From: Octopus vulgaris
Lineage: Eukaryota
NCBI GenBank assembly: GCA_951406725.2
Contig: OX597815.1
Location: 20,956,001-21,020,000, forward strand
DNA: 64,000 nt
Direction: 5' to 3'
How positions within the stretch are numbered: position 1 is the stretch's first letter; every line of letters begins with the position of its first letter. The position numbers and the translations under genes were made by a program. Below, piece by piece: positions 26,380-41,077 of this stretch. The notes under the pieces are model-generated. The model searched no databases, was not told the DNA's origin, and worked only from the letters and a program-made list of their open reading frames with translations.

Positions 26380-28435
26380 GATTATTAGGAGCTATAATAG
26401 GGATTCAAGAAGCTCCTCTAAACTCCACCATTACTACGAAAATAAATTAGATACGTTGGACACGGCTGTTGAAACTTCCTCAATCTGATTTTTTAAAAAT
26501 TAAAAAGGTAACATATTGATAAATCTCTATTCGTTCCAGAGCATTCAATAACTTTATGAAATTCTTCAAGCACTCACACAACGCCCAAATAATTGCAGAC
26601 AATGAGAGATTTCATATCTTATAAAAACCACCACACACGACAAACTCTTGATAAACACTATCATTTAAATATACACAAAAATACATTGTTGTTACATGCA
26701 GTATTAGAAATATCAAAGCAAATTTATTAAGTTCTTAACAAGCATAGACCATGGAAATCAAATCCTTATGTTGACTCTTACATCATTCTTACGAAACACA
26801 AAATTAACTTACTCTCCAAATTCATATTTAGGTTAATTAATTCCTCTAAACTCTAATTGCATATAATTGCATCCTGGATGTATTCACTCTCAAATTAACA
26901 GAATGGTACAAGCAATATTATCCATTGGTTTTATAGTATTGGGAATAAAACATGCAATTTGGTTCTATGTACTTGTATTTACATGATTTAAATTTTTTCC
27001 TCCTGAAAGCTCGAGACGTCAGACGAGGGTTCACCATGATCAGCAATCTTGACATTAAGACAATAATAAGCGTTAAGAAATTCCTATTACGCTACAACAA
27101 TTCCTGCGAAGTCAAAAAGTATGTTGATCTTCCGTTCAATGTTTCATAGGGATTTTTGGTGATTTTGCAATGTTAAAGACACTTCCAGAAAGTGAACCTC
27201 CAGTTCCTGCTGGTATTGGGGTGATGACTTCGCGATTCCACGCAATATAAAGGTGTTACAATGAAGAGATTTAGAAAGAATATGATGTGAATAATAAAGG
27301 ATTTTAGCTCAAGTGAATGCATTAGTACTAAATACAAGTGACTAATATCCCCTATATCAAGCCAAAGAGGACATATCCAAAAAGCTTCGAATCCCCACCT
27401 CACCTAGCCATAGTTAGCTACATTGCAACTGCAATAATAATAGAATCTCGAAACTATCTCAGAATAGGACGTCTTCAAAATGATTTCCCCCAATTATAAC
27501 AATGCACTTGTTGGAAAAGGCTACTATGAGACTTTAGGTTTATGCAGAGAACATTTCATTTATTCTCGCATCGGAAGAGAGCCAGGGAGAGGAAATGAAT
27601 CATTACTACATAATTTGGCTGATACCACAAATATAATCAAAAAATTCTAGTTCCACTAAATCAAGATTTTCCACCGTTATACACCTTTCAATCCAGTAAA
27701 CGTTAAAAACAGTTACTCTTGCGTGGAAAACATCGTGTACATAAACACTCACACGCACATATATATGTATATAGACTTGATCAAAAGACATCCATTAAGG
27801 ATCTAGACACATCAAAGTAAAGCCTACCACAATTAATAACTAGACAGAATGACGAAAATCAGACCGGTAAGCAATCCATTATCATAGCACGGACTGCATC
27901 GATGATGGGAAACTCACTGTTGCTTTTGGAAAGAAAAAGAAACGAATTGGTAGATAGAGATAGCTGTAATCATAGTGTCGGCAATCATAACCTATAAATA
28001 CTCAGTAGAAAGTGAACAACGCTGTTGACGGGAAGACAGCGTTAGCATAAACAAATGGGTATACTAGACTGATGAAAGTAGTTTAGGCAATAATCAGTGT
28101 GACCTGACAGATCAGTTATACAAGCAACACCCGACGAAATTCCACGGTTATTTTGAAAATTGCATGAAGTTGTATATTTTTCTGAAGCATTTGATTCTAG
28201 AAAAGATGGTGGAGGCCGGTTTATGGGCTTACCCTGTTAAACGTCCGTGAGAACATGAAATAACTCTTCCTTGGAAATATTTATCCTCTCGAAGTACATT
28301 GTGGTGAAAGTCCCTTTAGAATACATATATAATTGAAACTGACACTGAGTCTCTCTCGCGCCTCGAGTTTCAGGTCATTCTCCTCTTCTGAAGATCGCAG
28401 TTTCTTGATACTCGAGGTGCAAGACAATCTCTCAG
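26380..28435 (+). pseudogene. Fossil Penelope-like element RT + GIY-YIG ORF (probably Naiad-type), many stops and frameshifts
   Basis: Colinear motifs: IIADN..HDKLLINTI (26590-26680); SYIILTKHKINLLSKFIFRLINSSK (cf. AFITLKDHKxNF..RLINPSK); NIIHWFYSIGNK; KTIISVKKFLL...FNVS*G (cf. FDVTMG); YWGDD (cf. YRDD); PYIKP; VFKMISPNYNNALVGKGY; FNPVNVKNSYSCVENI; LDTRG (cf. LNxRxE). Confidence 0.8.
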
Positions 28436-28549
28436 TTACACACACATACACACACATATATGCATATAAATATATATACATGTATGTGTATATATGCGTA
28501 ATACATAAACATATGCAATATACATACATTCATACATACATACATATAC

Positions 28550-28612
<63 letters not shown>

Positions 28613-28747
28613 TATGCATATATGCATACATATATGTGCATACGTATATATACATACATCAAAAAAACGTTGAACATAATGAGAAACGAGACATACAACA
28701 TAAAGAATATTCCTCTTTTTCAGTTGTCCCTGTTTCATTTACTCCGC

Positions 28748-28794
<47 letters not shown>

Positions 28795-28796
<2 letters not shown>

Positions 28797-29087
28797 TTTT
28801 TGGCATCTAGAAGATCCAAAAGGCAGGTAAAGCTATGTAGGTACTACGGAGGGACCGCTTTTGTGAAGTATACACACATTTCCCTTCATAATTCCTATAT
28901 CCCTCCCTTTCCGAAATAACTTCCGATACTGAACTTTACTATTTCCTCCTATTTAACTCTCTCATATCGTCCCTGATGATGGGATATCTTTTATATCCCT
29001 GAAACAGCTGTAAGACTACCCTTCTCTTTATAAAATATCTTAGAAATTTTACACTGCCTTGGCTTTGTAGTCTCATTTTAGTTAACC
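28795..29087 (+). mobile_element. pLTR-like repeat family H1 inserted in (TA)n
   Basis: Left end is homologous to 1255-1320. The right end GCTGTAAGACTA...CCTTGGCTTT...CTCATTTTA is homologous to 1579-1650. Contains a hammerhead. Confidence 0.7.
28969..29016 (+). ncRNA. Minimal type-I hammerhead ribozyme motif
   Basis: GTCC-CTGATGA-T-GGGATAT-CTTTT-ATATCCC-T-GAAA-CAGCTG-TA-AGAC. Full core; perfect 7-bp stem II; palindromic CAGCTG helix III; predicted cleavage after 29012. Confidence 0.8.
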
Positions 29088-29104
29088 TGTATATATATAT
29101 ATAT

Positions 29105-29500
29105 TCTTTTATCTTTTTCTTGTTTCAGACATTTGACCGTGGCCATGCTGGAGCACAGCCCTTAGTTGAACAAATCGACCCCAGAACTTAATCTTTGTAA
29201 CCTTAGTACTTGTTCTGTCGCTCTGTTTTGCCGAACCGCTCCGTTACGATGACATAAAAACACCAACATCGGTTGTCAAGCGATGGTGGGGGACAAACAC
29301 AGACACGCACAAATATATATATATATATATATATATACGACGGGCTTCTTTCAATTTCCGTCTACGAAATCCAGTCACAAGACTTTGGTCGACCTGAGAC
29401 TAAAGTAGAAGACACTTGCCCAAGGTGCCATGTAATGGGACTGAACACGGAACCATGTGGTTGGGAAGTAAGCTTCTTACCACACAGTCACTCTTGCGCC
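29105..29500 (-). mobile_element. SINE family A, full length, diverged
   Basis: Colinear with the reverse complement of 50142-50568. Confidence 0.88.
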
Positions 29501-29648
29501 TATGTATGCATATATATATATATATATATATATTCGTTTTTCGTTTTTCTTGTTTCAGCTCAGAGCTGCGGCCATGCTGATGCACCACCGTTTTCTGCTA
29601 CACTGTTATTACGAAGAGCCTCCTCTAATATGTGGCACTTGGTGAAGA

Positions 29649-29700
<52 letters not shown>

Positions 29701-29743
29701 GTACATACATACATACATACAAATATATAGAAATATATACAAC

Positions 29744-31070
<1,327 letters not shown>

Positions 31071-31420
31071 TTTTTTTTTGGATAGATATACATGCATAGA
31101 TATACATGCATACATATTCATATGTATAGATATACATGCATACATATTCATATGTATATAGTAAATAATGAGAGTGAATTATTATTGCCTTCGACTTAAT
31201 AAATCATCATTCGATTGTGGATGGATAGATTAAAGTCATAGTTTGTTTGGGTGTTGATTAAAATTTTTTTCGTTATAATTTTGTAATTTGGCAATATATA
31301 GATAGATGGATAGATAGATAGATAGATTTAGTATACGTACGTGTACGCGCGCGTGTGTGCATTTGTATGTGTGTGTGGCTGTGTGTGTTTGCATGTGTTT
31401 GTGTGTGTGCATGTGTGTGT

Positions 31421-31472
<52 letters not shown>

Positions 31473-31785
31473 ATGTGTGTGTGTGAGCGAGTGTGTGTTC
31501 CGTCGTGCAATAACGGATTAGTCAGTTGTTGATTGAAAGAAAGAGGGTGGAGAGATGCGTCTAGTGAAGGAAGTTTGCGTTTACTGATGATTATGGTGAT
31601 CCAGTTTACCGAGAGGGGGGGGAGGACGGGGTGGTCACAGCTGGGATGCCTTTGATCATTTGTTTATTTGGTCAGTGTTGACCTAGACCTGAGCAACAAC
31701 GAAAACATCAACGTCCCATTGTGTGAACCTCGTGATTGTACTTGAAGTAGAATAGCCATTTGAATTAGCCTCGCGAATTTCTGTA

Positions 31786-31830
<45 letters not shown>

Positions 31831-31934
31831 GCACACACAAGGATGAGGCATAAATACAGATAGCGGATTAAAGGGATATACACATATACGTATATACTTA
31901 TGCATGTATGCATATATATATTATCTACGTATAA

Positions 31935-31972
<38 letters not shown>

Positions 31973-31998
31973 GCATATATATACATTTACACATATAT

Positions 31999-32665
31999 TC
32001 TTTTTTATTCTTTTATTTGTTTCAGTCATTTGACTGCGGCCATGCTGGAGCACCGCCTTTAGTCGACCAAATCGACCCCGGGACTTATTCTTTGTAAGCC
32101 CAGTACTTATTCTATCGGTCTCTTTTGCCGAACCGCTAAGTGACGGGGACGTAAACACACCAGCATCGGTTCTCAAGCAATGCTAGGGGAACAAACACAG
32201 ACACACAAACACGCACACACATACATATATATAAATATATATATACATATATACGACATACTTCTTTCAGTTTCCGTCTACCAAATCCACACACAAGGCA
32301 TTGGTCGACCCGGGGCTATAGCAGAAGACACTTGCCCAAGATGCCACGCAGTGGGACTGAACCCGGAACCATGTGGTTGGTTAGCAAGCTACTTACCACA
32401 CAGCCACTCCTGCACCTATGTATATATATATATATACATATATACATATACATATATATTCCTTTTTATTCTTTTATTTGTTTCAGTCATTTGACTGCGA
32501 CCATGCTGGAGCACCGCCTTTAGTCGAGCAAATCGGGCCTAGAACTTATTCTTTGTAAGCCTAGTACTTATTCAATCGGTCTCATTTGCCGAAGTGCTTG
32601 ATTACGGGGACGTATATACACCTACATTGGTTGTCAAGCAATTGCGTGGGGAGAAACACAAACAC
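31999..32665 (-). mobile_element. Two adjacent SINE family A copies (full 31999-32416; partial 32460-32665)
   Basis: Both colinear with family A consensus as read from other copies. Confidence 0.9.
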
Positions 32666-32968
32666 ACGCAGACACACACACGCGCGCGCGCGCGCGCACG
32701 CACACACTCACACATACACATACATACATACATACATACATAAATATATATATATACATACATAAATATATATATATACATACATACATACATATATAAA
32801 TATATATATACATATATATATATATATACATACATAAATATATATATATATACATACATATATAAATATATATATATATATATATAAATATATATATAAA
32901 TATATATATATATACATGTATATATATATATATATTTATATATGTATGTATATATATATATATTTATG

Positions 32969-33017
<49 letters not shown>

Positions 33018-33255
33018 TATATATATGCATAGAGAAGAGTTCCTCTGCATTTCCTCGGCCTGGTAATAATGGTAGTCAATTATCTCACACCTTATTTTAC
33101 AATTATAGAAGGAAAGATATATTTTGAAATGGTGTCTTTTACGCACTATATCTGAATAAAAGAGAGTATAACCATATCAGGAATGAATTTCATCTTGTTT
33201 TTGTGCTCAATTAATGTTGATCTAGAACTAAACAACAAGTGTAACAACAACAGTG

Positions 33256-33289
<34 letters not shown>

Positions 33290-33291
<2 letters not shown>

Positions 33292-33720
33292 CACAACTAT
33301 ATGTCTGGCTGTTTATTAGATGCGGATTTCATTATTTACTCGATGGATTTACTTTCTACGTACAGGTACATGATGAATTATAAACGGATTAAGGGTCTGA
33401 ATAGGTCTTTCGAATATGTTCTACTTAATACCATAAACCAGGTAAAATGAATGAAATATATGAGAATAATACTTGATAGAGAGAGTAAAACATTTGTATG
33501 GAAATCGATATCTTCAGGGAATACAGGAATTGGATTGATTTCATTGAACTGAGAATTATTGGATAAATGAGATAAGGATTTAGAATTTTTTTTCCAAAAG
33601 ATATATAAACAATTTTGAATATTAAAATGAATCTGGAAAAAGAAATTATCGAAATGATAAATAAAGGAAATTTATTTTTAGCAATTAACAAATAACATTT
33701 AATAAATCATCTATATACTT
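33290..33720 (+). pseudogene. Possible decayed Penelope-like RT fragment
   Basis: YKRIKGLNRS (cf. YxQxxGxxMGS) and NIKMNLEKE...NLFLAI (cf. NIKFTxExE..LPFLDI); very degenerate. Confidence 0.35.
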
Positions 33721-34559
33721 TATTTAGATAAATATATAATGCTATATAATTCAATGTCCATTTTTAAAAACAAATTCGAAATTTGTAAAACGTAGAATTT
33801 TTTTCATACCTTAAGTCCATTTTTATCTTTAATTTGTTCCTTAAATTTCACTTTCTTTCTAATTACATCGCCACGGAAAGTGTATACAGAGATAAAAGCT
33901 GAAAAAGTTATATTGCACAAATTTATTTACTTTATTAATCATTCTTTTTTTATTTATTACTGTAATATAGATTTATGGAGCTGTATGAATACGATTCTTT
34001 TCCTGTGTAAGAAAGCAAAATAGCTTGAGTCAAATATAGAAGAAAAAAGAGAGAAACAGTGAAAAATAGAGAGGGGAAAGTGAAAGAAAGAAAAAAGAAA
34101 AGGTATTCAACAATTCACCATGGCCAGCCTCTCTCCAGAAACTGGACTAAGATACATTCAAAGTATATTCTGATGAACAGGTCCAGTTAGGCATCCGTAA
34201 TGATTATTTTACACCCCACCCCCATCACTTTTCGTGTAGCACACTCTTGTTATTGTCAGTGCTCTAGCAGAGCTTAGCACTACTCCCACTACTCCTGCCG
34301 CTGCTGCCTTCACAATTTCCTACCGCTACTCCTACTACCGTCGGCAATTCAACATCCTGCACATATACTCATATCCACACAGATACACCAATATTCACAC
34401 ACACACACGACTTATTTTTGTTTGTTCCCCCCTGAAAGAAAAGGGAAACTTGTACGGTACAACAGTCGTTATGCACTGACAGAAAGAAAGCATGGCTAAA
34501 TATGATACAGAAACGAAGGGCGACGAAGAAAAGCTGATTAGGAGCTCATTTTTTCTAAA

Positions 34560-34670
34560 AAGAGAGCATTTATAGCGTCTGCTTTAGTGGCGCCCTCTTT
34601 CTTACAAAGCAGTTTGCTCACGATCAGCGTTCGCTGGTCCACTCTTAACGAAGGCCGCGTCAGTTGCCAG
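34560..34670 (+). promoter_or_regulatory. Putative core promoter / transcription start region
   Basis: Unique, locally GC/CpG-richer, transposon-free segment with Inr-like TCAGTT at 34660-34665, upstream of a canonical donor at 35130. Confidence 0.35.
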
Positions 34671-35129
34671 TCGTGTTGGGTGACACAGCACAGTCATGTG
34701 TGTGGATGTGTGCGTGTATGTGTGTGAAAAAGCGAGGGGCTACTGCAAACAGACAGCGACTAAATCAATCACTTTCCGAAAAAACACAATATAGAAATAA
34801 TATATCGAAATTCTCGCAGCTGGAAGAATCGATAATTTATTAAAAGAAAAGGGTAAAAAAAATAGAATGGCTCAACATTTTCTAGATATTTAAAAATGAC
34901 AAAGCAAATAACAAGGGAAAACAACGGTGATGATATCTGCATTAATTACAAAACTTATTATACCAGGAGAAAACAAACAGAAAGGATTTATACTGAATAT
35001 GGATCAAAAGGCGGAGTGTAAACAGAGAAAAAAAGTACAATTGACCCCGTAAACCGACAACAAAGACTATATTTACAAAAAGGAATCAATACATTTACCA
35101 TCGAATCGTGAATTATTCAACATATAAAG
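34660..35129 (+). other. Putative non-coding first exon (5' UTR) of a host gene
   Basis: Ends in a perfect donor AAG|GTAAGT (35129/35130); A-rich UTR-like composition. The start is inferred from the Inr motif. Confidence 0.45.
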
Positions 35130-35628
35130 GTAAGTTTTTCTTTTGTTAATGGAGAAATAAACAAACCTTACGCTAATTACAACGGTAATGAATAATACTA
35201 AGAAGTACATAGATCTAAATATTTCATAGCTTGTATAGATATATATTGATGTGTGTGTGTGTTAGCGTATGTATATATATGTATGTATACCTAATATGTG
35301 TGTGTGGGCGTGTGTATGTATGATTATGTTTATCACTTGACATGCAATCATTTGCATATGTATATTTTTAATAAATAATCTGTCTTGATTCTTAATTATT
35401 TACACCAGAATTAAATGATATGATTAATTACACGCAGGGCAGTGACAAGTAAAATAGAAATGCTGTAAATATATTATGTCGGTGATAACAAAACATGAGC
35501 ACATTCTATAAACAAATTCTATTTAACGAATATAATGATAAATATTATATATGAGTGTTTGCATGTATGGACGTTATCATATTATAGTGTATGTATACTT
35601 ATGTGACTGTGTGTGTATACAGATAGAT

Positions 35629-35725
<97 letters not shown>

Positions 35726-36285
35726 TGTAAGTATATGTATGTGTGTGTATTTGTTTATTCATATCTAAGATACTCAGCACCATACACCGAACCAAGGTTT
35801 CGTTCAACTTGTCAATTGTTTATTCGTATGTTAAGCGAGTGCCTCAGGTATAAATGAACATGTATTTATTAATATGTACTAACTACTTATAAATGAGTGT
35901 ATTGAGCTCGTCTATATTTTGTAGATAGACTATACAACTCTCCCTCACATAAATATACAAGCATATACACACAAAAAAAGACAGAGAAAGTAAGAGAGAG
36001 AGAGAGAGATGAGTAGAGTTAGTCTGGTGATACTCGTGTATAAATGTACAAAACAAGGTTATTTAATAAAAACAACAATGCGAAATTAAGTTTGTCTAAA
36101 ATCATTAGTGAACAAAAGCGAGTGGGATATACACATTTGCTACGGATTTACTGTTACCTTTGACAACGCATCTGCAAATAATAAGGAATTAACTTAAACG
36201 AATCTTTGTGTACTATGATGATGTTATTATAAGATATTCTGGCGACGTAATCTGTATATAAGTGTTATATTAGTATATATACATC

Positions 36286-36348
<63 letters not shown>

Positions 36349-36349
36349 G

Positions 36350-36422
<73 letters not shown>

Positions 36423-37153
36423 AGAAGATGATTTGGTTTTCTAACAGAATAAAATGTACTCATATATTTATAACATAGACGAATGTATGTGTATACACAC
36501 ACACATAGACACACGCAGACACTTGTTTAAACATACATATATGTGTATGTGTATATGTATTTGAAGATTGAATGCGTAAATTTACAATGAACGATAAATT
36601 AATGCCAATTAGTATGTATGTATGTTGGTCAAATGTACTTCGCTTTCTTTGCATTGTCATTAAGAATAATTCTCTCCAAATTTCTTGCAGAAACATGCAG
36701 TGGTATGCAAACACACACGCGCGAGCGCGTGCGCGCGCTGAGTTACACGACACAAAAACGCATCTTATTCCTACACGCTCCTATCTGCACGTGCAGAGTC
36801 ACACAAGGTGAGTTGTACATGCATTTACTCATATAAAATTGTACATACATACATCTACAGATTTGACATACATGCGACTCGCATGTACAACGCATGCATA
36901 CACGTGGATACATGCGTTACATTTAGACACACGAACCAAAAATAGCCCACCCCCCCATCTATCTATCTATATATATATATGAATATATTTGTGTGTGTAT
37001 GTGTGTCATCATACCACAACAAAAAGTAAAAGATATATCCATATAAATAAATAAATAAATACCATACATATATATATATATATATATAATTTATATTATT
37101 ATATGTATAAACACATACATATAGGATACCGCTGCTACCACCACTTTTACCAC

Positions 37154-37239
<86 letters not shown>

Positions 37240-37298
37240 TACAAGGCAGAGAGAAAAAGGAGAAAATATGCTCTCTGTATCATTTTAATTCATCTTAG

Positions 37299-38240
37299 GT
37301 TGTCATTACTGAATATATATATATATATATATTAAAAGCAATACAAACTCTCGAAAAAAAAATACATCAGACTGCACGGTTTCGATTCCAACACTGGAGA
37401 GTAAATAAGAAGAATTATATGTAAAAGAAGAAAAAAAAAAACTAGCTACAACAACAACAACAAGTAAGAATACGATATACGATAGGAAGAACAACCTTAC
37501 TGCATTGAACATCAGGACTGTGTGTTATCGGCCGACACTGCTACCAACAGGCCAATGTCAACACGGATTCAATTGATAACGGTTGTCAGCTTCTGCTTGC
37601 AGCAGTATATCATAGTCTAAGCCACTTCAACGCCCTCATCCTCTTCATCTTCCTTTTCCATCATTCCATCTACAACTACACATGCTGCATCCGTTATTGT
37701 ATCCATAAAGGAACATTTTATACCTCAGTAAACAAAAATACAAAGGAGAGAAATGTAAATTGAGACCAAATTTTAACAAGAGTTGCAAGTAACGCACACA
37801 AACACACTCACACGCACAAATACACACGTATACTGATACATAATTATACATGTAAATTAATATATATATGTATATATATATGTAGATATATACACCCCTA
37901 CACAGATATATATATATATACACACACATACACACATATATATATATATATGTATATATATATACACACACACGCATATATATGTATACATTTATATAAA
38001 TACCATACATACACATAACTCAATGAGAAATCTAAACCAACAGCAGTACAATAAAAGTACTGTTAAAGAATAAATGAAAGATTTTTAAACATTTGCACAA
38101 TTGGAAGGATTTCAAGACGATGACATCTGAATTAGCAGTTGCGACTGGCTGTGGAAAAGCCTATCCAACAAACGGACCTCCAAGTCCTGGACCGAGGCCT
38201 GTCATTAACAATATGATTACGCGAACTAAATTTCTTGAAG
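37299..38240 (+). other. Putative exon: long 5' UTR plus start of CDS
   Basis: Acceptor CTCTCTGTATCATTTTAATTCATCTTAG|G at 37298; donor AAG|GTAAGT at 38240/38241. Confidence 0.45.
38120..38240 (+). CDS. First coding segment of an unidentified protein: MTSELAVATGCGKAYPTNGPPSPGPRPVINNMITRTKFLE(G), phase-1 intron follows
   Basis: ATG with A at -3; in-frame upstream TGA at 38075; GC-richer open frame running into a canonical donor. No downstream exon recognised. Confidence 0.6.
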
Positions 38241-38701
38241 GTAAGTAACAAGTCAAAAATCTACAATTTTAAAATATAGTCTATTTTTTTTTTCTGTTTT
38301 TCATTATATTTTCTTTAATGTTTTAACATGCAAATCATTTATTTATCTCTCAAAGCTTATTTTGACAAGTGTATAATAATAGTTAACGATGCTTAAGTTT
38401 TTTTATTTTCGTTAAATCTTTTAATTTGTAGCCAACCATATGTACATTGATTTGCACACATTCTTATTAATTGAAAATACTTGTTACGTAGTTATAAAGT
38501 TATTACGGTAGTTATTTCATCTATTAGTCAATTAATTGGATGTACAACAGACAAAGTATTTCTACACTGTCAATAAACGTTCATTTTAATTCATTTAAAA
38601 CAGTTCCAATAAATGTTCTAACGTTGAAGTACACGTTCAATTATATTTCTTGCCCCTCTGCTGTACACCAATTCATACGAAAGCTGTGATTATATATATA
38701 C

Positions 38702-38832
<131 letters not shown>

Positions 38833-39214
38833 CTGTGTAGTTGTGCATAGCTGCTGAATGAAGTATGTTTGCATCATACCACATACCTATATACTTAGGT
38901 ACATACATACTTGTTTCTCATGCTCATATGTAAATTCTGTTTCATGTATGTATATAAACAAGTACATATACATACACACACACACACACATGTATATGCA
39001 TATATATATATATATATATACTTATATATTATATATTTATGTATGTATATTATGCATGTATTCATACAAGTGTAGAGGGGAGAAAAAGAGAGCAGTTGCC
39101 TGTCTTTTTTTTTCCTATCCTGTCATGCGTAAACCTCAAAACAAGAAAAGTATGCAAAGTGTGTATCATAAATATATAAGTAGAAAATAGATTGCAAAAT
39201 ATAGGGCAAACACA

Positions 39215-39275
<61 letters not shown>

Positions 39276-39462
39276 GCGTGTATGTTCATGCGCGTGTACG
39301 AGTATGCATGCGAACATCAGATCAGTAGGTTTATATACAAGTCGATCATTCTGAGAATTTCTTCTGCGATTTTACTGTGTTTACCATTTCGACCGGCTTC
39401 ATCCTAAAATGCTGTTGAATACGTTCCGATACTTATGCATTCACTCCCATACGATCTCATGC

Positions 39463-39880
39463 GTTTCAGTCCAATGGTCGTGGCCATGCTGGTGGAAACG
39501 CCAGTATCATCACCTTTTCAACAGCCCCTCTTGTTTAGTTGGCATTTTGGTAAGTAAGCTTGATACCGATGCGTACGTTTGAGCTTCTTGCCATGACAGA
39601 CTCATTTGGGATCTTCGAGAGCAGAAGGTCAAGGTGCTTCTTGATAACATCTACCCCTATCCAATGTAGATCTCTCAGGTTTTATGGCAAGACATTACAT
39701 AGCTGTGGGTCTTTGAATCCCAAGCTGTTGCAGAAACTGGTCCTTACTCTAGACGAGATAGGTGGGACCTTTGATATCCCGTTCTGGGGCATCTCGATAC
39801 CAACGTTTAGTGGCATTCCCTCTAGGATCTTCCATATATATATATCAAAGCATATCTCTCCCGCCTTTGCTCCGGAGACG
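39463..39880 (-). mobile_element. Older CR1/L2-group LINE 3' fragment, same clade as 29881-31070
   Basis: EQRRERYALIY / IWKILEGMPLNVG...NSLGFKDPQLCNVLP. The 3' end CAGCATGGCCACGACCATTGGACTGAAAC resembles the SINE A tail. Confidence 0.8.
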
Positions 39881-39955
39881 AGGGTCGTTGTATCTACATA
39901 CTTATGAGCAAAGACAAACATACTAAGACATAGAGCTATATATTTTCTCATATAT

Positions 39956-40137
39956 GTGGCTGTGTGGTAAGAAGCTTGCTTTCCAACCACATGGTTCCGG
40001 GTTCAGTCCTATTGCGTGGCGACTATAGCCTTGGGGCGACCAAAGCCTTTTGAGTAGATTTCGTAGATGGAAACTGAAAGTAGCCCGTTGTATGTGTGTG
40101 TGTGTGTGTGAGTGTATGTGTGTGTGTGTGTGTGTGA

Positions 40138-40178
<41 letters not shown>

Positions 40179-40370
40179 TGTTTGTCCCACCACCACTATC
40201 GCTTGACAACCGGTGTTGTTCTGTTTACGTCCCCGTAACTTACCGTTCGGTACTAGAGACCTATAGGATAAATACTAGGCTTACAGAGAATAATTCTGGG
40301 TTCGATTAAAGGTGGTGCTCCAGCATCGCCGCAGTCAAATGACTGAAACAATTACACGAGTAAAAGAATA
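39956..40370 (+). mobile_element. SINE family A, diverged
   Basis: GTGGCTGTGTGGTAAG head, GGTTCAGTCC B-box, GCAGTCAAATGACTGAAAC tail. Confidence 0.85.
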
Positions 40371-41001
40371 TATCAATATAGATATACATAGATATAAGCA
40401 CAAGCAAACATATACGTAATACATACATGTGTATACAGCTACTTATATATGAATATAAATATATGAATGTATATATATTAGAGTGCATATATGTATATGC
40501 TTACGTTCATGGACATATATTACCTATGTGGGCATGAATGTATTAGTGTTTACATGTATGTATGAATGAATAACAAAAAATGAATGTATTCAATTTTAGT
40601 TTTTAATGTAAAATATGTTGATACAAAGTTTTGCTTCCGATTACTATTTACGCTTGGCTTCGAATTTGAAGATACCGTCAAACTTGGGTGTGTTACATAT
40701 ATATATATATATATATATATCCACATACACATTATACATACATGCATAGATATAAATGAATATATATGCATATGTATGTGTGTGTATACAAACAAATAAA
40801 TATTTTGGTTGTATGTATATACTGTATCTATGTACGTAAGTATGCATGCGTTACATATATATATATAAACACATACATACACACCGATATTTATGTCTGT
40901 ATATAGGCATATTATGCTGGGAAGGTATTTCATTACACCGAGAGTTTCATGACTACAAGGATCGTATAAAAAGTTGTATTTGGGAAGTTTGAAACGTATA
41001 C

Positions 41002-41077
<76 letters not shown>

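Noticed and set aside
34585-34600. CTCF-like motif (reverse AGAGGGCGCCACTA); weaker one at 53482-53497
   Set aside because: Only the 3' half of the consensus matches; not supportable without ChIP data.
38120-38240. Assigning a gene symbol (the peptide contains the letters ELAV)
   Set aside because: Coincidental; the 40-aa segment matches no family I can recognise.
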